Assembly: GCA_963828195.1 (NCBI GenBank)
Contig: CAWHDT010000001.1
Coordinates: forward strand, 224,001-288,000
From: Candidatus Bathyarchaeota archaeon
GTDB taxonomy: Archaea > Thermoproteota > Bathyarchaeia > Bathyarchaeales > Bathycorpusculaceae
Length of the DNA stretch: 64,000 bases
Reading direction: 5' to 3'
The first letter of the stretch is position 1. Each line of letters opens with the position of its first letter. Made by a program: the position numbers and the translations under genes. Of the stretch, positions 1 to 10,449 are shown in pieces. The notes beneath the pieces were generated by a model that did no database searches, had not been told where the DNA came from, and saw only the letters and a program-made list of their open reading frames with translations.

Positions 1-1896
1 CCACACGAAAAAGTCTTCATAAGCGTCGGAGTCCAAAAAATGGTTAACTCTGGATGCGCAGGAGTCATGTTCACGATAAACCCTGTGACCGGAGACCAAA
101 ATGAAATTGTAATTGAAGGCAACTACGGTTTAGGCGAAACAGTTGTGTCCGGCGCTGTTAACCCTGACGATTTTGTCATCGATAAGAGTACATTGAAGAT
201 TAAGGAAAGAAGAATTTCGCGTAAAACAATCGAGTATATTCGCGATCCTAAGACAGGCAAAACTGTGCATTTAGAGGTGCCTGAAGATAAACAGAAAATA
301 ACCTGCATGACGGATCAAGAAATCTTTACGCTTGCAGAACTCGCTACGCGAATTGAGAAGCATTATGGCAAACCCATGGATATTGAATGGGCAATTGACC
401 AAGACCTATCTTATCCACAGAACATGTTCATAGTTCAAGCTAGACCAGAAACCGTTTGGAGTTCAAAAACAATGGAAGGTCCACTTAAAAGTGAAGAAAA
501 TAATGCCCACGAACAGTTAAAAGTGGTAGTTAGAGGCATTTCAGCAGGAAGAAAAGGTTACGGAACAGGCAAAGCAACCGTTGTTCTAAATCCTGATGAC
601 GCAAACAGAGACATGCATAAAGGAGATATTCTCGTAACAGGAATGACTGACCCTGACTTTGTTCCATTCATGAAAATGGCAAGCGCCATAGTGACGGATA
701 AAGGCGGTGTCACATCGCATGCAGCCATCGTAAGCCGAGAACTCAGCATCCCCTGCATTGTAGGTACAGAAACAGCTACTCAAGTTATGAAAACAGGCAA
801 AGAATACACCGTGGATTCAAGAAACGGCGTAGTTTACGAAGGCATAATTTCCCAAGCTGTTCAGCCGGCAGCAGCACCAAATGGATCAGCTATGGTTACG
901 CCAGCTGCAGAAGCCGCTCCAGTGACAGCCACGAAAATCTACATGAATTTGGGCGTTCCAGAAAAAATTGAAGATTATAAAAATCTGCCTTTCGAAGGCA
1001 TAGGCTTAATGCGCATCGAATTCATACTGGCCAGCGCTATAGGTCAGCACCCGATGATGTTTGTCGATACAGGTGAGAGCCAAAAATTCGTAGACAAACT
1101 TGCCGATGGTGTTGCAACCGTTGCTCGAGCAATCCAGCCTCGACCAGTTGTAGTTCGTTTTAGCGACTTCAAAACCAACGAATACCGCGGCTTGAAAGGC
1201 GGAGAAAAATACGAAATAGTCGAGGAAAATCCTATGCTTGGTTGGAGAGGCGCTAGCCGCTACATTAGCAAATGGTATATCCAAGCTTTCCGTCTTGAAT
1301 GCCAAGCCATCCAAAAATGCCGTAAAGAATGGGGTCTCAAAAACGTCTATGTCATGCTTCCGATGATTCGCACTCTTTGGGAAGCCAAGAAAGCCCTTGA
1401 AATCATGAAAGAAGAAGGTTTAGAGCGTTCGCGGGACTTCAAAGTTTGGTTTATGGCTGAAACACCGGCAATAGGAATAATGGCTGACGAATTCTCTAAG
1501 CTTGTCAACGGCTTCTCTATTGGCTCAAATGACATGACTCAAGGCGTATTAATGATTGACCGCGACTCCGAACGCTTAGGACAAATGGGTTACTTCGATG
1601 AAAGAGACCCAGCCGTAAAAAGAATCATAGCACACCTCATCAAAGCTGCTCATGAAAACGGATGCTCCGTCTCAATCTGCGGTGAAGGGCCATCAAACCT
1701 TCCAGACTTCGCAGAATTCCTCGTAAGAGTTGGAATTGACAGTATATCCGTAAACAACGACGCTGTATTGGCTACAAGAAAGAATGTTGCCAGCATAGAG
1801 CAAAAGATAATTCTTGAACGGCTCGCTGAACAAGCTGCTTTGGCCCGTGGGCAACCGCTTAAAAAGCCAACTCAAGACTGGGAATGGCCTCGCTAA
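1..1896 (+). CDS. ppsA: Phosphoenolpyruvate synthase (5'-truncated by window edge)
   Basis: Frame is open from base 1. Motifs GLGETVVSG, DIEWA, QARPET, phospho-His GGVTSHAAI, EENPMLGWRG, FSIGSNDMTQ. Confidence 0.95.
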   Translation, partial: PHEKVFISVGVQKMVNSGCAGVMFTINPVTGDQNEIVIEGNYGLGETVVSGAVNPDDFVIDKSTLKIKERRISRKTIEYIRDPKTGKTVHLEVPEDKQKITCMTDQEIFTLAELATRIEKHYGKPMDIEWAIDQDLSYPQNMFIVQARPETVWSSKTMEGPLKSEENNAHEQLKVVVRGISAGRKGYGTGKATVVLNPDDANRDMHKGDILVTGMTDPDFVPFMKMASAIVTDKGGVTSHAAIVSRELSIPCIVGTETATQVMKTGKEYTVDSRNGVVYEGIISQAVQPAAAPNGSAMVTPAAEAAPVTATKIYMNLGVPEKIEDYKNLPFEGIGLMRIEFILASAIGQHPMMFVDTGESQKFVDKLADGVATVARAIQPRPVVVRFSDFKTNEYRGLKGGEKYEIVEENPMLGWRGASRYISKWYIQAFRLECQAIQKCRKEWGLKNVYVMLPMIRTLWEAKKALEIMKEEGLERSRDFKVWFMAETPAIGIMADEFSKLVNGFSIGSNDMTQGVLMIDRDSERLGQMGYFDERDPAVKRIIAHLIKAAHENGCSVSICGEGPSNLPDFAEFLVRVGIDSISVNNDAVLATRKNVASIEQKIILERLAEQAALARGQPLKKPTQDWEWPR

Positions 1897-1979
1897 GCAT
1901 AAAAAAAGTCTCTATGCTATAGTGTTGCCATTTGCTTTCCTTATCTTTGATTTCTTTTTTCTTCGTCGGTGGCTAAAAT

Positions 1980-2981
1980 ATGAAAGGGTTTGATTTTGAA
2001 GAAGAAAGAATAAAACAAGAGATAAACAAACTTGGCGCCAAACGTGTTCTACTGCAACTGCCTGAAGGATTGAAACCTGAAGGTCCACGCTTAGCTAAAA
2101 TTATCGAGAAGTGTGGGGTGCTCCCAATAATTTCAGCTGACCCATGCTACGGAGCCTGCGACATAGCCGTTAATGAAGCGGAAAGTTTAGGCGTGGATTT
2201 GATTGTGCATTTTGGGCATTCAAAACTTGTAAAGCATGAGCAGATTCCAACAATCTACGTTGAAGCGAGAGCAACAGTGACAGTCGAGGAGGCTGTAAAA
2301 AAATCTTTACCGCTCTTGAGCAAATACGGTAAGATTGGTTTAGCTACTTCAGTGCAGCATTTCCAAGCGCTAAACCAAGCAAGAGAAATTTTAATCAGGG
2401 CTGAAAAAACAGTGATAATAGGCGACAGTGGGCAAATGGGTTATGCTGGGCAAGTCAGCGGCTGCAATTACAGCAACGTGAAGTCGATTGCTGACGAGGT
2501 TGACGCTTTCCTTTTTGTTGGCGGCGGAATGTTCCACGCTTTAGGCGTCGCTTTAAGCACTTCTAAACCCACCTTCATAGCTGACCCATACGATAACAGG
2601 GCTTTCTCAGTTAATGATGAAGCCCAAAAGATACTCAAGAAACGATGGGCATGCATAGAAGAGGCGCAAGGTGCTAAAGCTTTAGGCGTTCTTGTTGGTT
2701 TGAAACCGGGACAAAAACGGTTGGACCAAGCGTTAAACGTCAAAGCGTTAGCAGAGAAACATGGGAAAGCAGCTTATCTGATGGCTGCGAAAGAAATTAC
2801 TCCTGAAACACTTCTGGAATTTCCGTCAATCGATGCATACGTCAACACTGCATGCCCCCGCGTTTCTCTTGATGCGTCAGGAAAATTTTCAAAGCCTGTG
2901 TTAACTGTTAACGAGTTCATGGTGGCTTGTGGCGAATCTTCATGGGAGAATATGCTCAAAAAAGGATTATTCGAAAATTAG
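1980..2981 (+). CDS. dph2: Diphthamide biosynthesis enzyme Dph2
   Basis: LQLPEGLK, DPCYGACD, HFGHS, GQVSGC and TACPR motifs. Confidence 0.93.
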   Translation: MKGFDFEEERIKQEINKLGAKRVLLQLPEGLKPEGPRLAKIIEKCGVLPIISADPCYGACDIAVNEAESLGVDLIVHFGHSKLVKHEQIPTIYVEARATVTVEEAVKKSLPLLSKYGKIGLATSVQHFQALNQAREILIRAEKTVIIGDSGQMGYAGQVSGCNYSNVKSIADEVDAFLFVGGGMFHALGVALSTSKPTFIADPYDNRAFSVNDEAQKILKKRWACIEEAQGAKALGVLVGLKPGQKRLDQALNVKALAEKHGKAAYLMAAKEITPETLLEFPSIDAYVNTACPRVSLDASGKFSKPVLTVNEFMVACGESSWENMLKKGLFEN

Positions 2982-3646
2982 ATTTAGAGCTGGTTCTCTC
3001 AAAAACTGCTCCTCAGCCTTTTCCTCAGGCGCAACTTGAACAGTACACTGTTTCCCCGTCGATTGCAGCAACCATGCTATACATTGCTGCTTATGCGAAC
3101 AACGACGTCGCTGGCAAAGAAGTGCTGGATTTAGGCTGCGGAACAGGTCGGCTAGCTTTAGGTGCCTCTTACCTCGGCGCTGACGACGTTGTGGGGGTTG
3201 ATGTCGATAGGTTAGCTATTAAAACTGCGGTTGAAAACTCTATGAAGGTCGGTTTAGCTGGAAATGTTCAATGGGTTATCGGCGATATTGAAGCCATCAC
3301 AGGCAGGTTTGATACAGTTTTGCAGAATCCGCCTTTTGGGGTGCAAACAAGGGAGGCTGACAGAGCGTTTTTAGTGAAAGCCTTAGATGTTGGAAATTGT
3401 GTTTACTCACTTCATAACCATCCCGAAACCGACAAGCAATTAATCAAGCAGCTTAAAGCAAGCAACGGATTTTTGCAGGTTACGCCTTCACCCTTTTTAG
3501 AAAAGCTAGTCAAGCAACATAATGGGTCGGTTAAAGCAGTTTATGCAATGCTCATGACTATCCCCAAAATGTTTGATTTTCACACAAAACTAAAGCATGA
3601 ATTTGTTGTTGACCTATATGTTGTCGAAAGAGGAAGAGGTGAATAA
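2942..3646 (+). CDS. METTL5-family SAM-dependent methyltransferase
   Basis: LEQY, DLGCGTGRL and NPPFG motifs. Start at ATG 2942 is estimated. Confidence 0.88.
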   Translation: MGEYAQKRIIRKLDLELVLSKTAPQPFPQAQLEQYTVSPSIAATMLYIAAYANNDVAGKEVLDLGCGTGRLALGASYLGADDVVGVDVDRLAIKTAVENSMKVGLAGNVQWVIGDIEAITGRFDTVLQNPPFGVQTREADRAFLVKALDVGNCVYSLHNHPETDKQLIKQLKASNGFLQVTPSPFLEKLVKQHNGSVKAVYAMLMTIPKMFDFHTKLKHEFVVDLYVVERGRGE

Positions 3647-3777
3647 ATTTTTGCGCTTTTCCGGCAGGAATTAAATTTGTTTATTAATCAAAAGGTTTAT
3701 TGATGCGACTGAAAACTAAGCATATGCATTTATCAATCAGCGAATGTTTAGCTTATTTAACATAAAAGGTAACTGTC

Positions 3778-4359
3778 ATGAGTCTAAAATCACCTGAACA
3801 AAAAACTGGTCGTTTAGTGGTGCCTGGAGAACGCTTAGGCGTTATTGAAGAGTTTATTCCAGACTCCGGAACATACGTTAAAGACGGCGTTATATACTCC
3901 AAAATTGTTGGTCGTGCATTGCTTGACTTAATGAACAAACGTGTTTCCGTTTATCCACTTGTCAGCGGTGAACTTATCCCGAAGGTTTCAGAAACCGTTG
4001 TAGGGCAAATTGGCAACGCCCAATCTGATAATGTTTTGGTAAGAATCTTTAAAATAGGAAACAAAAGGCTCTCAGGCGAATTCAGCGGCATCTTGCACGT
4101 TTCTGATGTTTCAGATAGGTATGTTGATTTAATGAGTGACGTATGCAAACCCGGCGACATCGTAAGAGCCAAAGTAATCAGTGGAAAAAACCGTATCTTC
4201 CATCTATCAACCAACGACAGGAACTTAGGCATAATCTATGCTTTCTGTTCTCGATGCGGCAATTTGCTTGAACCTCAACGGTACGAGCTGCATTGTCCAA
4301 AATGCGGCAATACAGAAAATCGCAAAATGGCACCCGATTACGGAAAAGAACCGATATAA
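3778..4359 (+). CDS. csl4: Exosome RNA-binding subunit Csl4
   Basis: VVPGERLG N-terminus, S1 domain (PGDIVRAKV), C-terminal CxxC..CxxC zinc ribbon; upstream of rpoL. Confidence 0.92.
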   Translation: MSLKSPEQKTGRLVVPGERLGVIEEFIPDSGTYVKDGVIYSKIVGRALLDLMNKRVSVYPLVSGELIPKVSETVVGQIGNAQSDNVLVRIFKIGNKRLSGEFSGILHVSDVSDRYVDLMSDVCKPGDIVRAKVISGKNRIFHLSTNDRNLGIIYAFCSRCGNLLEPQRYELHCPKCGNTENRKMAPDYGKEPI

Positions 4360-4378
4360 GAAAAAGGGGAACTGTTAA

Positions 4379-4660
4379 GTGAAAATCAATGTTCTAAAAA
4401 AAACAGAGAATGAGCTTAAAATAGAAATCGAAGGCGGCACTCATGGCATATGTAACTTGTTACAAAAGAGGCTTTTAGAGGATAAAACGGTGGATTTTGC
4501 AGGGTACGATGTTCCCCATCCTTTGGCTTCAAACCCAGTTATTTACGTTAGAATGAAGGGGAATGTTAAACCCGAAGCAGCCTTGATTAAGGCTGTTGAG
4601 AAAGTAAAAGAAGCAAATGACGCTTTTGGCAAAGAGCTAGATCGTGTTCTAAAAGCTTAG
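4379..4660 (+). CDS. rpoL: RNA polymerase subunit L (Rpo11)
   Basis: EIEGGTHGICNLL and FAGYDVPHPL motifs. Confidence 0.92.
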   Translation: MKINVLKKTENELKIEIEGGTHGICNLLQKRLLEDKTVDFAGYDVPHPLASNPVIYVRMKGNVKPEAALIKAVEKVKEANDAFGKELDRVLKA

Positions 4661-4752
4661 TCCCTTTTGTTTTAAATTTAGCCTCAATTTTTAATCTTCC
4701 ATTATTAAAGTCAAGAAATAGTTTACTGAGTTTTATTTAAAAGCTTAGATGT

Positions 4753-5382
4753 GTGCTTTATAGCTTAGGGGAAAAGGTTTTGGAAGTTAAAGGATTTCGA
4801 GTGATTAAACCTGAAATCCGCGTGCTTGGTGTGGACGACGGAAAATTTGTTCCGCACACAGAAGGTGCTGCCATCGTTATAGGCGTTGTTTTCAGGGGAA
4901 GTTGTTGGGTTGAGGGTGTAATGCATACCCACGTTGCAATTGACGGCTTTGACGCTACTGAACAGCTTGCTTTAATGGTCAACAGTTCGCCTCATTGCAA
5001 ACAGTTGCGTTTAGTAATGCTAAACGGAATAACTTTTGCGGGTTTTAACGTCGTAGATATCAAAAAACTAAATTTGGCAACAAATCTTCCAGTTATTGCC
5101 TTAACGCGTGAAAAACCTGATTTAGAAGCCATTCATAAGGCAGTTAATATTTTGCCAAAAAGTGACGAGCGTTGGAAAATGATTCTTGAGGCAGGACAAA
5201 TCCATGAACTCTGTTGCCGTGGAAAGCAGATTTACATGGAGATTGACGGAATTTCACTTGCTGATGCCCAAGATATTGTCGAGTTGACTTCCATAAGAAG
5301 CAGTTTCCCCGAGCCTTTGCGTGTGGCACATCTAATTGCCTCTGGAGTCAGTCTTGATTGGCGGAAGTTGGAAAAGGTTTAA
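4753..5382 (+). CDS. DUF99 family protein (endonuclease V-like fold)
   Basis: RVLGVDDG, GITFAGFNVVD and PEPLRVAHLIA motifs; conserved position between rpoL and tfs. True start may be slightly downstream. Confidence 0.85.
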   Translation: MLYSLGEKVLEVKGFRVIKPEIRVLGVDDGKFVPHTEGAAIVIGVVFRGSCWVEGVMHTHVAIDGFDATEQLALMVNSSPHCKQLRLVMLNGITFAGFNVVDIKKLNLATNLPVIALTREKPDLEAIHKAVNILPKSDERWKMILEAGQIHELCCRGKQIYMEIDGISLADAQDIVELTSIRSSFPEPLRVAHLIASGVSLDWRKLEKV

Positions 5383-5428
5383 ATGGTTCAATGCTAAGGG
5401 AATCAAAAACGGGTAGTGGATAAGGACT

Positions 5429-5782
5429 ATGGAATTTTGCCCTAAATGTGGTTCGCGTCTTGAGCCAAAGAAGTCGAAGAGCGGTAAAGATGCTTCTTTA
5501 GTTCTTGTGTGCCCAAAATGTGGGTATAAAAAGCCTGAAACGGGAGACGTTGAGCCAAAAGTGGCGTCGAAGGTTATCCAGCATAATCCTCAGCAATTTG
5601 TAGCTGTTATCGGTAAAGAAGAGCAGAAACTGAATACGTTGCCGACAGTTCGAATTGAGTGCCCAAGATGCGGAAACAAAACGGCTTATGTATGGCAAGT
5701 GCAGACTAGGGGCGCAGATGAATCTTCAACCCAGTTTCTACGCTGCACTAAATGTAATTATACTTTCAGAGAATACAGTTAA
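5429..5782 (+). CDS. tfs: Transcription factor S (TFS/RpoM-like)
   Basis: N-terminal FCPKCG zinc ribbon; C-terminal QTRGADE..TQFLRCTKC. Confidence 0.93.
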   Translation: MEFCPKCGSRLEPKKSKSGKDASLVLVCPKCGYKKPETGDVEPKVASKVIQHNPQQFVAVIGKEEQKLNTLPTVRIECPRCGNKTAYVWQVQTRGADESSTQFLRCTKCNYTFREYS

Positions 5783-5994
5783 ACCCTTTTTTTGCTCGAA
5801 TTCTTGAGCTGTCTTTACCTAGTTCAATAGTATTAGTTCATTTAATGTAAAGCGTCGCTTGATTCTAAACTCAAATTAATTTTATTTTTAGTTGCATATT
5901 TTGGTTTGAATGGGACAATTTATTTATTGGCTAAATGTTTAATCAAAAGCTATATAACTTCACAGTAATATGCATAAGCGAGGAAGAAATTACC

Positions 5995-6750
5995 ATGTTC
6001 AAGCTCAAAGTGTCTGACGCTAAACTCTTAAGAGACATGGCCACCGCCATCTCAATCCTTGTAGATGAAGCCACATTCAAAATTGAGCCTGAAGGCTTAA
6101 GGCTCCGCGCTATGGATCCGTCACGCGTTGCTATGATTGACTTTGAATGGCCAAAATCGATTTTTCAAGAGTATGTCTCAACAGAGCCAGCCAAAATATG
6201 CATTAACATAAGCGAATTGTTAAAGCTCCTCAAACGCGCTGGAAGAGATGAGGCAGTTGAGCTATCCCTGGATGACAAAACTGGACGATTACAGATAACC
6301 ATAACAGGCAAATATAGCCGAAACTTCACGATGCCCACTCTTGAAGCTTCAGAAGAAGAAGTTCCCACGCCAAAAATAACTTTTAACGTAAAAGCTAAAA
6401 CCACGACTCAGGGCTTAAGCCAAGCAATCGAAGACGCCCAACTAGTAAGCGACCATGTGCGAATTGAAGCTGAACCAGAAAAACTAACCCTGAGCGCTTC
6501 AGGAGACTTAATGGGAGCAACCATAACTCTTCAGAAAGGCAGCGATGCACTGCTTGATTTGGAAGTAAAAGAAAACGCCAAAGCAACATTTAGCCTAAGC
6601 TACTTATCTGAAATCATAAAAGCGGCATCAGCGACCTCAGACATTGCAACGCTTGAATTCTCAACCGATATGCCTGTGAAAATAGACTTCCAACAAACAA
6701 AAGAAGGAAAATTGACCTTCTTTTTGGCGCCAAGAATCGAAACAGAATAA
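5995..6750 (+). CDS. pcna: DNA sliding clamp PCNA
   Basis: AMDPSRVAM, FSLSYL and FFLAPRIE motifs. Start placed at MFKLK. Confidence 0.95.
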   Translation: MFKLKVSDAKLLRDMATAISILVDEATFKIEPEGLRLRAMDPSRVAMIDFEWPKSIFQEYVSTEPAKICINISELLKLLKRAGRDEAVELSLDDKTGRLQITITGKYSRNFTMPTLEASEEEVPTPKITFNVKAKTTTQGLSQAIEDAQLVSDHVRIEAEPEKLTLSASGDLMGATITLQKGSDALLDLEVKENAKATFSLSYLSEIIKAASATSDIATLEFSTDMPVKIDFQQTKEGKLTFFLAPRIETE

Positions 6751-6762
6751 CGAGATACTTAA

Positions 6763-7785
6763 ATGCAAAGAGCAAACGTGCGGTTTGAAGATACCGATTG
6801 CTCAAAATATCCTTTTTTAAAAAAAACAGCTGAGCGAGTTAGGGACACTCAGTTAACAATTGAAGAACTAGTAAGCTCTCAAAACCCCCAAGTTTTTGAC
6901 CGAGCTAAAGAAAGGGTAGAAAATGCAATATTAACTCTGGAACCTGGCAAAAGAAAAAAAGATAACATCGAGATTCCTTCTTTTCCAGGCGCGCTCGTAC
7001 TAGTTATCGCTACAAAAAATTCTTGGATTAAGAAAAGATATGCTCTGGCTGAAGCAAAAAATGCGTATTTAGAAATGGTTCAAGAGAAAAGTAATGAAAA
7101 AATATTGGCAATAGCACAAGATTTTGATTGGGTGATCAACGATGGAAAGCCCTACAAAGATTTTCGCGTCGGGTTTGCGTTTTACTTAAAAAATGCCGCC
7201 CATTTACATGGAGCTGAATGGAAGCTTGTCAACCAGATCATAGACAAGGGCACGGTTTATTTAAATAAAGATAAAGTCGCTCGTCTTCTTCAAGAGGAAG
7301 TAAAGAGAAGAATAGAAAAACGGCTCGATATTCCGGACCTCAAAAACCTGCCTGAAGATATTATTGTTATAGCTAACAATCTAACAAAAATGGCTCAAGA
7401 AATAGTGGGGCAAGAAATTGAGGAAATGCCTAAGACTGTTGTTCAAGGGGCTTTTCCGCCATGCATAAATGCGCTTTATGAGGATGCTTCAAAAAGTCAT
7501 CATCTTTCGCATATTGGCAGGTTCACCCTGACTTCTTTCCTTATAAACATAGGAATGTCTCCAGAAGCTCTAAATGAGCTGTTCAAGACTTTTTCAGACT
7601 ACAATGAAAGGTTAACACGCTATCAAATTGAGCATATTGCCGGCGAAAGAGGCTCTGGAACACAGTACACCCCCCCACAATGCTCAGTACTGCAAACGCA
7701 CGGCGTATGCAAAAACAGCGATGATTTGTGCCGCAGAATTTATCATCCACTCGCCTACTACAAGCGGAAACTGAAGCTTGCTTAG
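6763..7785 (+). CDS. priL: DNA primase large subunit
   Basis: KYPFL, FPPCI, LSHIGRF, TRYQIEHI and YTPPQC..C..C Fe-S ligands. Confidence 0.92.
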   Translation: MQRANVRFEDTDCSKYPFLKKTAERVRDTQLTIEELVSSQNPQVFDRAKERVENAILTLEPGKRKKDNIEIPSFPGALVLVIATKNSWIKKRYALAEAKNAYLEMVQEKSNEKILAIAQDFDWVINDGKPYKDFRVGFAFYLKNAAHLHGAEWKLVNQIIDKGTVYLNKDKVARLLQEEVKRRIEKRLDIPDLKNLPEDIIVIANNLTKMAQEIVGQEIEEMPKTVVQGAFPPCINALYEDASKSHHLSHIGRFTLTSFLINIGMSPEALNELFKTFSDYNERLTRYQIEHIAGERGSGTQYTPPQCSVLQTHGVCKNSDDLCRRIYHPLAYYKRKLKLA

Positions 7786-7839
7786 TGTTTTTTTAGCTAA
7801 GATTTATTAGGTCACTGCTGTAAAATAGGGTAGAGTCAT

Positions 7840-8595
7840 ATGAATTATCAATTAATTGGCAATAATAATGTTGCTGGCTCCGAAATTGGGATAATTCTTC
7901 CCACTTATCGAGAAGCAGATAACATTTCTAAATTAATTGAGGATATTGAAGATTTAAAATTGGATGCTTCAATACTCGTCATCGATGATTCAAGCCCAGA
8001 TGAAACCGCAAAAATCGTGCAAGAAAAACAGAACAAATACAATAATATTCTTTTGTATATTAGACCCAAAAAAAGCGGTTTAGGCACGGCTATAACCGAC
8101 GGGTTCAAATTTTTTTTGTCCTCAAAACAAACACCAAAATATATTGTCACAATGGATGCTGATTACTCTCACAACCCTAAAGCTATCCCACAACTAATAT
8201 CCAGCATGTATATGGCTGATTATGGAATAGTGATTGGCAGCAGATACTGCAAAGGCGGCAACATAACCGGCTGGCCTTTCACTAGAAAAGTAATTAGTCA
8301 AACTGCCAATTTTGTCGCAAAGCTATCTCTTGGCTTAAAACCTCGCGACTGCACCAGCGGTTTTCGCTGCTACTCCACAAAGTTTCTGAGAGCAACAATC
8401 GGGAATTTACACAGCCACACTTATGAAATTCAAATAGAAACCATAAGGCAAGCTCTTTTGAGAAATTTCAAAGTAAAAGAAACCCCCATTTTATTTGTTA
8501 ACAGAAAACGAGGGAAATCCAAACTCTCATTGACTGAAGTCAAAAGCTACATAACATATACGTTAAAAGCAATCACGGTTCATAACCTTGGTTAG
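7840..8595 (+). CDS. GT2 polyprenol-phosphate mannose synthase-like glycosyltransferase
   Basis: ILPTYRE, IDDSSPD, MDADYSH, GSRY, DCTSGFR and RKRGKSKL motifs. Confidence 0.88.
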   Translation: MNYQLIGNNNVAGSEIGIILPTYREADNISKLIEDIEDLKLDASILVIDDSSPDETAKIVQEKQNKYNNILLYIRPKKSGLGTAITDGFKFFLSSKQTPKYIVTMDADYSHNPKAIPQLISSMYMADYGIVIGSRYCKGGNITGWPFTRKVISQTANFVAKLSLGLKPRDCTSGFRCYSTKFLRATIGNLHSHTYEIQIETIRQALLRNFKVKETPILFVNRKRGKSKLSLTEVKSYITYTLKAITVHNLG

Positions 8596-8648
8596 CCCAA
8601 CACTTATTTTAGTCAACTGCAGAATTAAATATCCCTGGTTGCTTTCGC

Positions 8649-10337
8649 TTGAAGAACGCCGCACTTATGAAACGCCCCACCAATAAGGTCCTTTTGTTTA
8701 TAGTCATAACCATTCTAGTTCTTAGTATAGTCCTTGCAACCATCAGCTTATTTCCGACAGATTCAAGTAATCAGCCGCATGTTCTTGTTAACGATACTTT
8801 TCTGTTAAGCCCAAACGAAACATACCGAGAGAGTTTGGGGTCTTTTCGCGGCGGAGAAAATGTTTCAATTTCAATAGAGTCCCCAACCGCTTTCGAGAAA
8901 AACTTTTCGATTGTTTTTCCCACCAGACCCTATTTTTTCATAATTAATAGCAGTATTGCTTACTCTGTTTCGACACAATCAAACATTACCTACACCTTTG
9001 TCGTTTCGCAAGCTAACTACTATGAAGCGGTTTTTGTCTCTGAATCACCAAACGCCGGCACAATTCATTTCCAAGCATTTGCCCAAGAACCAAACAGTAA
9101 TTTCCCATATTCATGGCTAAACGAGCCTTCAAAAATAATGTTCCTGATAAGTTTAGCTCTAACGTTGCTTGTAATGTTACAACTGGTATCATCCTCAACT
9201 AAAATCAAGGCGAATACTCTCAGCTTGCCCTCTCTTAGCAAGAGAAACTGCCGATACCTCTTAATTCTGCTTTTACTGGGCTTGATTATTTGGCTTTTTC
9301 TTTTGGCAATAAACTCTAATCCACTCGCAACACTCGAAAACTGGTACACCGATAATGCCCGAGACACTTACGTTTCCAGTTTGTTTCTTAAAGATGGCTT
9401 TTCGGTTTTTAATCAACCCCTAGGCAAGCTATCAAACCTGGATAATTCTTACTACAAGTTTGTAACATGGCCAGAAATGCCGCATCTATACCCGTTAGGC
9501 AGCATTTTCTTGTTCTTGCCATTCGGTGTTCTTATCCAAAAAGGTTTCGACCCCTCTTTGATTTACAAAACTGAAATAGCAATATTTCTGGTATTTGCCA
9601 CTGTTTGCGTTTACTTTTTCCTTAAAAATTTCCTGCAAAAGGACATGGCTTTAATCCTCAAACTTTTAGGAGTTTACATAATTTATGTTAGCTTAGTGGT
9701 TTACGCTGCCGACGGAATGTTTGATTCAGTTGCCTTCCTGTTTTCTCTATTTGCAATATACATGTTTATGACGAAGCGCTACGATTATTTCTTTTTGCTT
9801 ATCGCCGTTTCTGTATTTTTTAAGTATCAAGCAGGCATTTTCCTTTTGCCCCTAATCGTTGTAGGTTTAATCAAACTTTTCCAAACAAACAAGTTAAGCG
9901 ATTTACTGCGAAATAAAGCTGTAATCGCCGGCACCATCTTTGGGTTCGCCAGCGTCTTCACCGCTTATTTAAGCGCGCCATACTTCCTTGCAGCTGGACC
10001 ACAGTTAATAATGAACGGCATCAACGCTTTTTCATCCAATACACAAATTTCTTGGGGGCTCCAATCCTTCTTAGTTTTGCTTATACTGGCGGTTACTTTG
10101 GCTTACGCATTTTACATGCTAAATAGGAACAGTTTGCTTTCCCTGTCGGCGCTTTTTCTTCTCCTGCCCAGTTTTATGCTGCCTTACTTCCAAAATTGGT
10201 ACCTTCCCTTCATCTTTGTATACGTTCTGATTCCTCAACAGAAAAAAGAGTTGGAGATCACCGCAATCTGGTTAATGTTTATCATTTTCATGCTCGCTTT
10301 CAGTGCATCATTCTTTAATTTACTGCTGGGTCTTTAA
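8649..10337 (+). CDS. Multi-pass membrane protein, probable GT-C-type (lipid-phosphate-sugar dependent) glycosyltransferase with N-terminal extracytoplasmic domain
   Basis: About 12 hydrophobic segments; YTD, HLYP, GMFD and FKYQ motifs reminiscent of GT-C enzymes; follows the GT2 gene. Confidence 0.55.
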   Translation: MKNAALMKRPTNKVLLFIVITILVLSIVLATISLFPTDSSNQPHVLVNDTFLLSPNETYRESLGSFRGGENVSISIESPTAFEKNFSIVFPTRPYFFIINSSIAYSVSTQSNITYTFVVSQANYYEAVFVSESPNAGTIHFQAFAQEPNSNFPYSWLNEPSKIMFLISLALTLLVMLQLVSSSTKIKANTLSLPSLSKRNCRYLLILLLLGLIIWLFLLAINSNPLATLENWYTDNARDTYVSSLFLKDGFSVFNQPLGKLSNLDNSYYKFVTWPEMPHLYPLGSIFLFLPFGVLIQKGFDPSLIYKTEIAIFLVFATVCVYFFLKNFLQKDMALILKLLGVYIIYVSLVVYAADGMFDSVAFLFSLFAIYMFMTKRYDYFFLLIAVSVFFKYQAGIFLLPLIVVGLIKLFQTNKLSDLLRNKAVIAGTIFGFASVFTAYLSAPYFLAAGPQLIMNGINAFSSNTQISWGLQSFLVLLILAVTLAYAFYMLNRNSLLSLSALFLLLPSFMLPYFQNWYLPFIFVYVLIPQQKKELEITAIWLMFIIFMLAFSASFFNLLLGL

Positions 10338-10449
10338 ATCGCCTGAAGTTTGATTAAACCCTGAAAATACGCAATTTCGCTTATGGGGCGGTATACAGAT
10401 AAATTTGGGAAGAGTAATCATTATAATCACTTTCAAATGCGGTGGGGAC

